From Bauldia sp. (lineage in GTDB: Bacteria > Pseudomonadota > Alphaproteobacteria > Rhizobiales > Kaistiaceae): a DNA stretch of 64,000 nucleotides. The notes below the pieces were generated by a model. The model was not told where the DNA came from. It ran no database searches and saw only the letters and a program-made list of their open reading frames with translations. Shown piece after piece: positions 1 through 9,031 of the stretch. Numbering within the stretch: position 1 is the stretch's first letter; each line of letters opens with the position of its first letter. The stretch covers positions 237,093 to 301,092 of the forward strand of contig JAXMDC010000002.1 in assembly GCA_046349035.1 (NCBI GenBank). The letters run 5' to 3'. The position numbers and the translations under genes were made by a program.

Positions 1-324
1 CACGTGGAAATCGTTGATCTCGTCGGCGCCGCGGTTGTTGTTGGTCCGCTCGAACGAGAAGTCGCCCTGTACGGACACGCCGCCTGCGGTCATGTAGTTG
101 GCACGCAGATTTCCGCCCCAGTGAGTGAGGTGGTCGTTGTCCGGGTCGACGTTCTCCGTGCCGCTGTTACCGGAGGTGCCGAACCAGCCCTCGGCGACGA
201 CCGCCCAAGGCGAAAGCGCCGACGGCGCCGCCGGCCGGTAGAGCGGATCGGCAGCGGTCGCTGACACCGAGAAGGCCAGGAGGGCCGGAACGGCTACCGC
301 CGCAGTGCGCAGGACATTATTCAA
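1..324 (-). CDS. Outer-membrane beta-barrel/porin-like protein, N-terminal part. The gene runs off the 5' edge of the window. Putative TTG start with GGAG 8 nt upstream.
   Basis: Minus-strand translation reads MNNVLRTAAVAVPALLAFSVSATAA|DPLYRPAAPS...GWFGTSGNSGTENVDPD...DFSFERTNNN. Signal peptide followed by a Gly/Asn-rich beta-barrel-like sequence. Not in the ORF track because it has no in-window stop. Confidence 0.4.
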   Translation of the reverse strand, partial: MNNVLRTAAVAVPALLAFSVSATAADPLYRPAAPSALSPWAVVAEGWFGTSGNSGTENVDPDNDHLTHWGGNLRANYMTAGGVSVQGDFSFERTNNNRGADEINDFHV

Positions 325-506
325 CGAAGCATCTCCCCTTAAGGCATCGGCCGCGACGAAACTCGCGACGCCCTGACGAGCGCCGAAGATAGTCGGCAAT
401 GCCGCTTCGTGGAACGGCGCCACGGCCCCAAATGGGCGATTGCCGGGGAAGGGTGGCGCCGCCGCAACACGCGGCGCCGCCTCCGCCGCAACCGCTGGGC
501 GAAAGG

Positions 507-1169
507 TCAGCGCCCGAGGATGCTGAAGCCGCCGAAGCCGTTGGCGTTCTTGCGGTCGGTCTCGAACAGCGAACCCTGGTCGAGCCGCAGCCGGAAGCCG
601 GCCTTCACCGCGTTGTCGTCGTGCTTCTTGTCGTTCAGCGTCCACTCGCCGTGATTGCCCTGATAGGCGAGGAAGACGCTGACCGGAAGCGTCATCGGCA
701 GCAGCGTCTCGACGCTGGCGCCCCAGCGGAAGCCGTGGATCGTCGCCGCCTCTTCGCGGATGCCGGTGTAGCCGAGCGAACCGCCGAGCATCAGGTTCTC
801 GCCGAGGAAGTAGTGCACTTCGCCGTTGAGGAAGGCGCCGTTGACCTGGTTGGGGTCGAAGCGATCGAGCTGGCCGGTATAGCCGCCCTGGAAGGACAGG
901 CTGACGGCGCCGGTCAGCCACTGCCCCTGCGCGGCGATGCCGCCCGGCTTCGGCTCGCCCATCTCGTTCACCGTCTCCAGCGTTTCCGCCAGATAGGCGT
1001 TGGGGTCGAGTTTGACCTTATGTGCCTTGTAGACGTTGGTCTGCCGACCGAAATCCGTCGCGCCGGCGGGTCCCGCCGCCAGCACCGTCGCCACAATCGC
1101 GGCAGCCGCAATGCCGCAGGCCGCGCCGATTCGCGCAGCCGCCCCCAGACGCGTCTCTACCCCGGTCAA
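507..1169 (-). CDS. Outer-membrane beta-barrel protein (porin/OmpW-like family).
   Basis: 220-aa ORF. N-terminal signal peptide (AAAAIVATVLAAGPAGA|TD), alternating Gly/aromatic beta-strand pattern, C-terminal aromatic residue region (FGGFSILGR). Confidence 0.65.
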   Translation of the reverse strand: MTGVETRLGAAARIGAACGIAAAAIVATVLAAGPAGATDFGRQTNVYKAHKVKLDPNAYLAETLETVNEMGEPKPGGIAAQGQWLTGAVSLSFQGGYTGQLDRFDPNQVNGAFLNGEVHYFLGENLMLGGSLGYTGIREEAATIHGFRWGASVETLLPMTLPVSVFLAYQGNHGEWTLNDKKHDDNAVKAGFRLRLDQGSLFETDRKNANGFGGFSILGR

Positions 1170-1477
1170 GCCCGACTCTCCCGCTAAGGCCCCCCCTAAT
1201 CAGGCCCGATCCGTCTTACGGTTGCGGTTCTACCAAGCGCTCTGGGAGGGAATGCGACATCGCGGCAGGATTCCGGCGATCCGGTGAATTCTGTGGATAA
1301 CTTGCGGCAGGAGGGCGGCGAAACCGCAGCGCCGGGCCGGTCGGCGCCCCTGTCCGAGGGTCGGGCTCGACCCGGCTTTCCGGCTGCCCGCTCCGGGCTT
1401 TGCGGCAACGCCTTGACACATCGCCGCCACTTTCGGATAACCGCATGGTTAGATAACAAAACGGTTATTAAATCGCC

Positions 1478-1888
1478 ATGGCCGTCGCCGCTGCCGTCTC
1501 GCCCACGCCCCTCGATCTCACCTTCGCCGCGCTCGCCGATCCGACGCGCCGCGCCATCCTCGCCCGCCTCGCCCGTGGCGAGGCCTCCGTCGCCGAACTC
1601 GCCGAGCCGTTCGCCATCAGCCAGCCGGCGGTGTCGAAGCACCTCAAGGTGCTGGAGCGCGCCGGCCTCATCGATCGCGGCCGCGACGCGCAGCGCCGCC
1701 CGGCCCGCCTCACCGCCGCGCCGATGGCCGAGGCCAGCGCCTATCTCGACACCTACCGCGCCTTCTGGGCGGCCAACTTCCGCCGCCTCGACGCGTTGCT
1801 GGATGAGTTGAAGGCGGCCGCCGCCGATCCCGGCGCCGCCGGCAAGCGCGCCGGGCGCCGCCCAACCCGCCGGAGGGCAAAGCGATGA
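1478..1888 (+). CDS. ArsR/SmtB-family HTH transcriptional regulator.
   Basis: LADPTRRAILARLARGEASVAELAEPFAISQPAVSKHLKVLERAGLI is the canonical ArsR wHTH. Its stop overlaps the start of the next gene (1885). Confidence 0.85.
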   Translation: MAVAAAVSPTPLDLTFAALADPTRRAILARLARGEASVAELAEPFAISQPAVSKHLKVLERAGLIDRGRDAQRRPARLTAAPMAEASAYLDTYRAFWAANFRRLDALLDELKAAAADPGAAGKRAGRRPTRRRAKR

Positions 1889-2379
1889 TCGCTCCAGGCG
1901 GCAAACTGACTGTCACGACGCCCGGGGAGCATGACATCGTCATGGTCCGGCACTTTGCGGCGCCGCGCCAACTGGTGTTCGAGGCCTTCTTCAAGCCCGA
2001 ACTCGTCCGCCGCTGGCTGCTCGGCCCGCCCGGCTGGACGATGCCGCATTGTGCGATCGATCTCCGCCCCGGTGGCAGCTACGCCTATCGCTGGCGGAGC
2101 GAGGAGACGGGCCAGGAGTTCGGCATGGGCGGCACGTTCCATGTCGTCGAGCCGCCCTCGCGGGTTGTCTCCACCGAGCGCTTCGGCGACGGCGAGGCGG
2201 GTGTCGTCCACCTCTTCGAGACTGCCGGCCGCCAGACGCGCATGACGCTCACCATGACCTTCGCCGATCGCGCCGCGCGCGATGCGGCGGTTGCCACCGG
2301 CATGGCCGACGGTGTCGCCACCAGCTACGACCGCCTCGAGGCGATCTGGTCGGAGGGGACGCCACCGGCCGCCGGCTGA
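1885..2379 (+). CDS. SRPBCC-superfamily protein (AHSA1/Aha1-like domain).
   Basis: 164 aa. The FxAPRxLVFEAFxKPELVRRWL motif is typical of Aha1-domain proteins co-transcribed with ArsR regulators. Confidence 0.8.
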   Translation: MIAPGGKLTVTTPGEHDIVMVRHFAAPRQLVFEAFFKPELVRRWLLGPPGWTMPHCAIDLRPGGSYAYRWRSEETGQEFGMGGTFHVVEPPSRVVSTERFGDGEAGVVHLFETAGRQTRMTLTMTFADRAARDAAVATGMADGVATSYDRLEAIWSEGTPPAAG

Positions 2380-2382
2380 CCC

Positions 2383-2919
2383 TTGGCAGAACAGGACTTC
2401 ACCATGATCCCCCATTCCGGCCTTCTTAAAGTCACCACCAAGGGCGAACGCGAGATCGTCATGACCCGCGTCTTCGACGCGCCCCGCCAGCTCCTTTTCG
2501 ACGCGCTGACCAAGCCCGACCTCGTCCGCCGCTGGCTGCTCGGCCCGGACGGCTGGACCATGCCGGTCTGCGAGATCGACCTCAGGGTCGGCGGCGCCTA
2601 TCGCTACGTCTGGGAGAAGGCGGGGAGCGGCGAGCGCATGGGGATGCGCGGCGTCTACAAGGACATCGCCATTCCCGCCCGCATCGTCTCGACCGAACGC
2701 TTCGACGAGCCGTGGTACCCCGGCGATGCCCTCGGCATGATCGTCCTCACCGAGAACAACGGCAAGACCAAGCTGGTGCAGACCGTCGCCTATCAGTCCG
2801 CCGCCGCGCGGGCGATGGTGCTGAAGACGCCGATGGCCGACGGCGTTTCGGCCGGCTACGACCGCCTGGCGGCGCTGCTGGCGGAGATGGCGAAGGGCGG
2901 AGCCGACAAGAAGCGCTGA
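2383..2919 (+). CDS. SRPBCC-superfamily protein (AHSA1-like); tandem paralog of the preceding gene.
   Basis: 178 aa. Shares VFDAPRQLLFDALTKPDLVRRWLLGPDGWTMPVCEIDLRVGG with the upstream paralog (about 50% identity by eye). Confidence 0.8.
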   Translation: MAEQDFTMIPHSGLLKVTTKGEREIVMTRVFDAPRQLLFDALTKPDLVRRWLLGPDGWTMPVCEIDLRVGGAYRYVWEKAGSGERMGMRGVYKDIAIPARIVSTERFDEPWYPGDALGMIVLTENNGKTKLVQTVAYQSAAARAMVLKTPMADGVSAGYDRLAALLAEMAKGGADKKR

Positions 2920-2928
2920 GGGCCGCGC

Positions 2929-3246
2929 CTACTCCGCCGCCTGGCGCGGTGACGCGGCGGAGGCCTCCTCGCCGATCCACAGGTCGTAGAGGAATTCGTC
3001 CGTGCCCGCCGCCACCACCATGTAGTGGCAGCCGCCGGCCTCGAAGTAGCGGAGCACCATGTCCGGCCGGTTGTGCGCGGCCGGAAGCGGCGCTTCGCGC
3101 AGCGCCGAGATGTGCTTGGGGTTCTTCAGTGCGGCGTGGAACGACACGCGGAGCTTCACTCGGTCGCCGACGCTGAGCGTCGCCCAGCGGTCGCGCGCGG
3201 GTCCGAGCATCCAAAGGGCTGGCAGGCTACCGGCTTCGAACCACAC
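2929..3246 (-). CDS. Hypothetical protein.
   Basis: 105-aa ORF with a non-repetitive, balanced composition (MWFEAGSLPALWMLGP...YFEAGGCHYMVVAAGTDEFLYDLWI). Convergent with the SRPBCC gene. No family recognised. Confidence 0.4.
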   Translation of the reverse strand: MWFEAGSLPALWMLGPARDRWATLSVGDRVKLRVSFHAALKNPKHISALREAPLPAAHNRPDMVLRYFEAGGCHYMVVAAGTDEFLYDLWIGEEASAASPRQAAE

Positions 3247-3454
3247 GCGTCCGCCCCCGATCGACCCGCAGCAGCTGCCGCGGGTGATGCCGCCCCCCTT
3301 AAACCCGGCGACGACTCGGCATCATACGGGGAGTCTTCCACCGGCGGTAGGCCGGATCGCCGGCGCGGCCTGCGGCGCACCGGCACATCCACAGGTTGAT
3401 CGCGCAGCCGGCACTGCATCCGCGCCGCCGTCCATAACCGGCTCCGACCGCAAA

Positions 3455-3661
3455 TCAGCGGCCGACCCGTGCCGCCAGCCACCAGATCAGCAGCCCGATC
3501 AGGAAGAAGCCGACCCCGAACGGCCCGGCGATCGCCCAGCCGTCGCGCTCGGTCAGCCCGAGGAACAGCGTACAGCCGCCCGAGGTCAGCATCACCAGCA
3601 GGCCGAAGCCGGCAAAGAGGGCGCGGAAGAAGCCGAGCGGGCGGCGGGGCGGTGCGTTCAT
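3455..3661 (-). CDS. Small integral membrane protein (2 TM segments). Paralogous to the C-terminal module of the next gene.
   Basis: 68 aa. Two hydrophobic helices. The C-terminus GLLIWWLAARVGR matches FFLTWLSGRVGR at the end of the 3674..4468 protein. Confidence 0.5.
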   Translation of the reverse strand: MNAPPRRPLGFFRALFAGFGLLVMLTSGGCTLFLGLTERDGWAIAGPFGVGFFLIGLLIWWLAARVGR

Positions 3662-3673
3662 GGCGGTTCCCTC

Positions 3674-4468
3674 TCAGCGTCCAACGCGGCCCGAAAGCCA
3701 GGTGAGAAAGAAGCCGATCGCGAAGGGGAGGGCGACCAGCGCGTATTCCTGCCATCCCAGCGTGTCGAGGCCGCTTCGCGGACCGAAGAGCCCGGTCAAA
3801 GCGTAGCCGCAGCCGCCGACAAAGAGGATGAGGAGGCCGCATGCGATGAACAGCGCACCGATGGCGCGGATTGCGTGGCCGAGCGGCGTCCGCTCCGGCA
3901 CGGCGAAGCCGGGCAGGCGGCCGCGCCGTTTTTGCGGCGCCGTGGCGCCGAGGACGAACGCGGCGCCGAAGGCGAACGGCAGCATCACCGCGCTCAGCAT
4001 TTCCTGGAAGCCGCCCGAGGTCCCCGCCGCCCACAGGACGAGGCCGGCGCAGCCGAGCATCAGCAGCCCGCCGAAATTGAGCGCGAGGAGGCGGACGAAG
4101 CCGAGGCGGGCGCGCGTCCCGCCGCCGACCGGTGCGTCGCTATGCGGTGAGGGCGGCGGTGCCGCGCCGGTTTGCTCGCGCGCCCGGCGCGCGGCTCGGA
4201 TCGCCCAAACGAGGCGGGCAATCCCGATCGCGGTGATGGCGATGTAGAGCGGCGTCTCGCTGCTCCAGCCGTAGCCGTAGCTCTGCACCAGCTGCCCGCC
4301 GCCGAGGATGATCAGCGCGACGCCCTGCGCGAAGGGGAGGAGCGGCGGGCGCGGCGGCGGTGGGGGCAGATCTGGGACGGCCATCGCGGGAGGCCTAAAG
4401 CCGGTCAGGGCGGCGCACAAGCCAGCCAGCGCTCGCGGATCGAAGATGCCGCCGCCGATCGGCGTCAC
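3674..4468 (-). CDS. Multi-pass membrane protein of unknown function. Contains a repeated ~65-aa membrane module. GTG start.
   Basis: 264 aa with several TM helices. The C-terminal ~70 aa are homologous to the 68-aa protein downstream. A 12-nt spacer separates it from the neighbouring genes. Confidence 0.5.
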   Translation of the reverse strand: MTPIGGGIFDPRALAGLCAALTGFRPPAMAVPDLPPPPPRPPLLPFAQGVALIILGGGQLVQSYGYGWSSETPLYIAITAIGIARLVWAIRAARRAREQTGAAPPPSPHSDAPVGGGTRARLGFVRLLALNFGGLLMLGCAGLVLWAAGTSGGFQEMLSAVMLPFAFGAAFVLGATAPQKRRGRLPGFAVPERTPLGHAIRAIGALFIACGLLILFVGGCGYALTGLFGPRSGLDTLGWQEYALVALPFAIGFFLTWLSGRVGR

Positions 4469-4480
4469 ACCGCCGTTCGC

Positions 4481-5044
4481 TTAGCGGGTGACCCCCGCAC
4501 AGCCCGGCACAGGCAGATCGAAGGTATAGGTCTCGCCGTCGTAGGGGATGGAGAGGCGGCCGCTCTTGCAGGGATCGACGCCTGCGCTCTCGAAGTAGAA
4601 CCACTTCGTTCCGTCGCCGAAGTGGCCAAGCGCCTGCTTGAAGGCGCCGGTCAGCACGACCGACAGTCCCTGCAGTCTCGGCGGCATGTCGGCGGGAGAA
4701 ATCGCCTTGAGTGCCGGCTGGCTCGAGGTGCTCGCGGTCAACGCGGGGATGGTGTCGAAGGTGGCCTCGCCGCCGGGCGAGACATGCATGTGGGCGACGC
4801 CGACGATTACATACTGGTCGAGGAACTTGCGCGCCGTTTCGTCGGCGTTGGGCGGCATCAAAGGCGAGGCCATCCACATCAGGAGGACGATGTCGTTGGC
4901 GGCGCGGCCGTCGGTGATGATGAGGTAGTCGTTGGCCGCCGCCTGCGGGGTGGTCCGCCACTGGCGCGCCTCGGCGCTCTGGCCTCCGGCCACCGCGAAG
5001 AGCATGGCGGCGAGGCAAAATTGCAGGACGCGGCGAGGATACAT
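4481..5044 (-). CDS. Secreted hypothetical protein.
   Basis: 187 aa. Signal peptide MYPRRVLQFCLAAMLFAVAGGQSAEA, then a soluble domain containing Cys pairs. Part of the same minus-strand gene train. Confidence 0.55.
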   Translation of the reverse strand: MYPRRVLQFCLAAMLFAVAGGQSAEARQWRTTPQAAANDYLIITDGRAANDIVLLMWMASPLMPPNADETARKFLDQYVIVGVAHMHVSPGGEATFDTIPALTASTSSQPALKAISPADMPPRLQGLSVVLTGAFKQALGHFGDGTKWFYFESAGVDPCKSGRLSIPYDGETYTFDLPVPGCAGVTR

Positions 5045-5117
5045 GCGGTCGCTCCCATGGACTTGCGTCGGTTCCGGCGAAAGTAGCAGACCGGTCCGGC
5101 TGGCGGCAGCGTCCGGC

Positions 5118-5498
5118 CTAGCCGCGGTCGGCGCGGCGCACCAGGTAGGAGCCGACCGCGAGGACCGCGACCACGCCGGCGAACCAGACGAACTGGCCGC
5201 CTTGCGTTCGCGGATCGACGACGCAGCCGCCGATCAGCACTGCTGGCGCGCCGACGGCGATGCAGGCGATGCCGAGCCAGCGGAGACCGCGATTGCCGCG
5301 CGAAAGCCGAGGCGCAAACGCCAGGAGCGTCAGCGCTACCCAGGCGCCGATATAGGTGAGCGTCTCGCCGGTAAGGATCGTCGACCGCGGCGTGGTGAGC
5401 GCGATGATGGCGACGATGCCGGCGGCGCCGAGCACCGCGACCAGCGCGATCGTCACCCAGCGCCCGCTGCCGGGCGGCGTCGGTGCGCCCTCGGCCAT
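5118..5498 (-). CDS. Integral membrane protein, hypothetical.
   Basis: 126 aa with 3-4 predicted TM helices (VTIALVAVLGAAGIVAIIAL..., YIGAWVALTLLAF..., VVAVLAVGSYLV). Confidence 0.5.
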   Translation of the reverse strand: MAEGAPTPPGSGRWVTIALVAVLGAAGIVAIIALTTPRSTILTGETLTYIGAWVALTLLAFAPRLSRGNRGLRWLGIACIAVGAPAVLIGGCVVDPRTQGGQFVWFAGVVAVLAVGSYLVRRADRG

Positions 5499-5510
5499 CG
5501 GCCCCCCTCT

Positions 5511-5798
5511 TCAATCGTCCGCGCGACGCCGCTCCCGCCCCGCGACTCGCGACGCCCGGAGGAAACAATAGACGGCGCCGGCGACCGGAGCGATGACCCC
5601 GAGACCCCAGCCCGACCACACCATCGCCGCGCTTTTGCCCTTGGCGGCGGCGGTGGCGACCAGCGTCCCCCCGGTCACCAGCATCAGCGCGGCGATGGCG
5701 GCCATGAACCAGCCGGCCATCCGGAGATACCCGGCACTCGGTCCGTGCGGCGAAGGGACGAGGCGCCGCCGTTCCGGCAACGGGGCGTGCTCGCTCAT
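5511..5798 (-). CDS. Small membrane protein, hypothetical.
   Basis: 95 aa, starting at the internal Met of the 5511..6341 ORF (MSEHAPLPE...). Two TM helices. Its ATGA start/stop overlaps the upstream gene. Confidence 0.4.
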   Translation of the reverse strand: MSEHAPLPERRRLVPSPHGPSAGYLRMAGWFMAAIAALMLVTGGTLVATAAAKGKSAAMVWSGWGLGVIAPVAGAVYCFLRASRVAGRERRRADD

Positions 5799-6955
5799 CG
5801 CGTCGCCGCCAGCCAGAAGGTGAACCAACTGGCGAGCAGCAGCACCGCCGCCGCGGCCGGGCCGGCAAGCATCGCCGTTTTGAGGTAGCCGATCAGCTCG
5901 GCGGCCTTCGGCAGCGCCGTCACCGCCTCCGGCAACGTGCCAGCCGCAACTGTCAGCACGGCGGCGCCAACCGCTCCGAGCACGCCCGCCACCGCTGTGA
6001 GAATAAACAGGCCGCCAACGGCGTAGAGGAAGACACCGACCAAGCGCCGCGCCGGCGGTCCGTCGACGCTTGCCATCGCTTCTCCCGCCGGCAGCAGCGT
6101 CCGCCGGCCGGCAGTGAGCGCCAGCAGGAGCACGATCAGCGCCGCCAGCGCCGCGCCGGCATAAGCGCCGAGCGCCATCGGCAGGAGGCCGGCGGGGAGG
6201 CGGACTGCCTTGCCGGCGACCGGCAGGGTCGCCATCACCGCCGCTGCCAGCGCCAGCGCCATCGCGCCGAAGCTGGCGACGGTCATGCGAAGCGGCCGCA
6301 TCGGCTCGCGGAGCACCGGCGCCTTGCGGCTCGCCATCCACCAGACGAGCAGGCCGAGCGCGAAGAGCGCGGCGATCGCCGGTTGGAGAAGCGCGACCGG
6401 TCCCGCGAAGTCGCCGGGGACGAACAGCGCCGGCGGCCCGCCGCCGCCGAGGGGAAGGGGGACGCCGCCGCCGGCAAGGACCAGGCTCATCGCGCCGGAG
6501 GCCAGCATGACGGCGATGGCGGCCTGGGCGAGCGTGCGCCGGCCGGCACCGATCGGCCGGAGCGCCGGCCGCGCCGCGGCGAGCGCCAGGAACGCGCCGA
6601 GCCCGAACGGCACCGCCGCAAACCGCCAGGCGGCAAGCGCACCGGCGATGCCGCCCGGCATCGCCCCGAGCAACGTCACTGCCAGCGCCAGCAGCATCAG
6701 CAATTGGCCGAGCGCCAGCAGGGCGCGGCGGGCGAGGGGCCGCCGGGTCGGCGTTGCCGCGACAGGGGGAGGCGCGGGCGCCGCCGGCACCTCGGAGACG
6801 GCACGCGGCGTGGGGTCGGCCGGAAGCGTCCCGGCCAGCGCATCGACGGCCGGCTCGACCGACACGGCATCGGGCATCGCGGCGGGAGTGCCCTCCGGAC
6901 GCCCCGGCGCGCCTCCCGCCGTCTCAGCCTTGCCCGCTTCGTTCGCTTCGCCCAT
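5795..6955 (-). CDS. Large multi-pass membrane protein with a Pro/Ala-rich N-terminal region, hypothetical.
   Basis: Start placed at MGEANEAGK to avoid overlapping the LysE gene. At least 8 hydrophobic helices follow a low-complexity periplasmic or cytoplasmic tail. Confidence 0.45.
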   Translation of the reverse strand: MGEANEAGKAETAGGAPGRPEGTPAAMPDAVSVEPAVDALAGTLPADPTPRAVSEVPAAPAPPPVAATPTRRPLARRALLALGQLLMLLALAVTLLGAMPGGIAGALAAWRFAAVPFGLGAFLALAAARPALRPIGAGRRTLAQAAIAVMLASGAMSLVLAGGGVPLPLGGGGPPALFVPGDFAGPVALLQPAIAALFALGLLVWWMASRKAPVLREPMRPLRMTVASFGAMALALAAAVMATLPVAGKAVRLPAGLLPMALGAYAGAALAALIVLLLALTAGRRTLLPAGEAMASVDGPPARRLVGVFLYAVGGLFILTAVAGVLGAVGAAVLTVAAGTLPEAVTALPKAAELIGYLKTAMLAGPAAAAVLLLASWFTFWLAATR

Positions 6956-6971
6956 CGCGCCCGCTCGATAC

Positions 6972-7595
6972 CTAGCGCCCGACGATCTCGACGACAGCCG
7001 GAATCGTCGAGGCGCAAAGGACCGCCGCCATAGCATAATTGAGCCAACGCGCGGCACCGGAGCCGGCAAGAAGCGCACGGAGCGCCGTACCGAAGGCGGT
7101 CCAGGCAAGGACGGCCGGCACGCAGACTGCGGCGAAGACGAGGGCCATCACGGCGATGCTCTCCGGCCGCGCCGGGGCCGGCGCGAAAGCCGAGATCGCG
7201 CCGATCAGCATCGTCCAGCCCTTGGGGTTCACCCACTGGAAGGCGGCGGCGCCGAGAAAGCTCATCGGCCGCCGTGGCGCCTTGCCCTCGCCGCCCGAGC
7301 CGCCCCCTGCCGCGCTTCCCCGGGCGATCTGCCAGGCGAGCCAGAGGAGGTAGAGTGTGCCGGCAATGCGGAGCACCGCGGCAAGCTGCGGCACCAGCGA
7401 GAACACCGCGCCGATGCCGAGGCCGACCGCCAGCACCATCGCCCCGAAGCCGAGGACGACGCCAGCCATGTGCGGCAGCGTCCGCGCAATGCCGAAGCTG
7501 ATGCCGGAGGCGAGCAGCATCATGTTGTTCGGCCCCGGCGTGATCGCCGCCACGAAGGCGTAGGCGGTGAGGGCGAGGAGCGTTTCGACCGGCAT
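6972..7595 (-). CDS. LysE/RhtB-family amino-acid exporter.
   Basis: 207 aa. MPVETLLALTAYAFVAAITPGPNNMMLLASGISFG is the LysE family N-terminal signature. Six TM segments. Confidence 0.8.
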   Translation of the reverse strand: MPVETLLALTAYAFVAAITPGPNNMMLLASGISFGIARTLPHMAGVVLGFGAMVLAVGLGIGAVFSLVPQLAAVLRIAGTLYLLWLAWQIARGSAAGGGSGGEGKAPRRPMSFLGAAAFQWVNPKGWTMLIGAISAFAPAPARPESIAVMALVFAAVCVPAVLAWTAFGTALRALLAGSGAARWLNYAMAAVLCASTIPAVVEIVGR

Positions 7596-7603
7596 CGGCG
7601 ACC

Positions 7604-8083
7604 CTAGACGCCGGCGCCCGGTCGCGCGGCGGGCAGGCGGATGCGCGTCGCGCCGAACCAGACGAGGAGGCCGCTGAGATAACCGAGGGCGATCATGCCA
7701 TGCGCTTCGAGCGCCCAGGCCGCGGCATCGAAGGCGACGCCCTGCGCCGCGAGCAGCGCCTCGGCGGCGAGCCAGGGGGCAGAGCCCTGCCAGGCGAGCC
7801 GCGCCGCGTACCAGAGCGCGCCGAGCATGACGAGAATGCCTGCATAGCCGCCGACGCGGCGGAGCGGGCTGAGCGGCAAGGCCGGCGCCCGCCACGCGGC
7901 GAGGGCGACGGCGAGGCCGAACCCGACTGCCGGCGCCGTCAGCGCCCAGCTCCGCGCCGCGCCGAGCGCGCCGCCGGAGATCGCCTCGGCGAAAGTTGCC
8001 GCAAGGCCGAGCCCCGCCGCCGCCAGGCCGGCATAGGCGCGCGCGCGGCTGCCGGGCGGGAGAGGGTTGGGCGGGATGCGCAT
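7604..8083 (-). CDS. Integral membrane protein, hypothetical.
   Basis: 159 aa, 4 TM helices. 8 nt upstream of the LysE gene on the same strand. Confidence 0.45.
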   Translation of the reverse strand: MRIPPNPLPPGSRARAYAGLAAAGLGLAATFAEAISGGALGAARSWALTAPAVGFGLAVALAAWRAPALPLSPLRRVGGYAGILVMLGALWYAARLAWQGSAPWLAAEALLAAQGVAFDAAAWALEAHGMIALGYLSGLLVWFGATRIRLPAARPGAGV

Positions 8084-8635
8084 CGCGACGCGGTTCTAGC
8101 AGAGAGCGGCCGCCGCGGCGTCGAGTTAGCCTATCCGTCCCGCGGCGGCGGGACCGGAGGGATGACAATAGTTTCGCCAGAGGGGGGAGCGGTCGACACG
8201 GTTGTGGCCCGCGAGCGGGTCTCGGCCATCGGCCGGATCGTCAGACCCTCTGGTGGAGGCGCCTGCGGATAGGCGGTCGGCTCTTCGTCGTCATCGCGCT
8301 TTGGCCGAGTGTCGATCTCGCCGTCACCGCTGACAAACGCACCGAGGACGAAGAGCACCAAGAGGGTGACTCCCACGATGCCCGCGATACCAACCCCCAT
8401 GACGCCCGCGACACTTTCCGCCAAGGCTAGGCCGATAGCTGGACGACATGCAGACAGAAGGCCGGCAAAAACAGGGACCGACGCCAACTGTGCCCCGCGG
8501 AGGGGCCAGCCACGCTGGCCGGATTCGGGCGTGCCGACGGAGGGAACGCGGTGTTGCCGAGGAGCCAACCGAACCTCGCGGGAACATGTGGCCGGAGCAT
8601 AGCGGGAACGGCTGCGCCTGTGGAGCGGGAGCCGC

Positions 8636-8953
8636 TCAGGAAAGACTGGCGGCGCTGTCCGCTGGCGCCTTAACCCGCCGCCAGCACTTGAGCGCCGCAA
8701 TTCCCGCCGCCGCCCAGAGGCCGAGGCTGCCCGCGGTGAGCCAGGCCGACACCACCGGATCGATGAACGGGAGCCGCACGCTCGGCATCAGCAGGAACAG
8801 CGGCACGGCGAGGAACGCGGCGAGGTCGAAGGCGAGCACCCCGCCCGCCGCCATCACCAGCACCCCGCCGGCGACAAGCAGGCGGACGGCCGGCGTTGGG
8901 CGTCGCCCGTTCGGCGTCGCGGGCGCAGGAAGGATGGAGGAGCCGCCATACAT
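8636..8953 (-). CDS. Small membrane protein, hypothetical.
   Basis: 105 aa with 3 hydrophobic segments. Confidence 0.35.
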   Translation of the reverse strand: MYGGSSILPAPATPNGRRPTPAVRLLVAGGVLVMAAGGVLAFDLAAFLAVPLFLLMPSVRLPFIDPVVSAWLTAGSLGLWAAAGIAALKCWRRVKAPADSAASLS

Positions 8954-9031
8954 GGCTCGTCTGTCCGTAGAACCTAATGTTGAACGATGTTCATATATCC
9001 CGTTTAAACGCCTGGCAAGGGCCGCTCCATC

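Noticed and set aside
4-264. Plus-strand 86-aa ORF at the window start.
   Set aside because: Its translation ends in an RRKRRRRR run. The opposite strand encodes a convincing signal-peptide-bearing beta-barrel N-terminus. Treated as a GC artefact.
1196-1642. Cluster of overlapping 66-148 aa ORFs between the OMP gene and arsR.
   Set aside because: Arg/Gly/Pro-rich, mutually overlapping in several frames. Consistent with a non-coding GC-rich intergenic region or promoter.
5511-6341. 276-aa minus-strand ORF.
   Set aside because: Only the last 95 aa (from MSEHAPLPE) look protein-like. The upstream 180 aa are Arg/Gly/Ala low-complexity and overlap the better 5795..6955 gene in another frame.
8131-8700. 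189-aa minus-strand ORF.
   Set aside because: Only a possible 89-aa membrane-anchored C-terminal portion (from MGVGIAGIVGV) looks plausible. The remainder is Arg/Pro-rich. Too uncertain to list as a feature.
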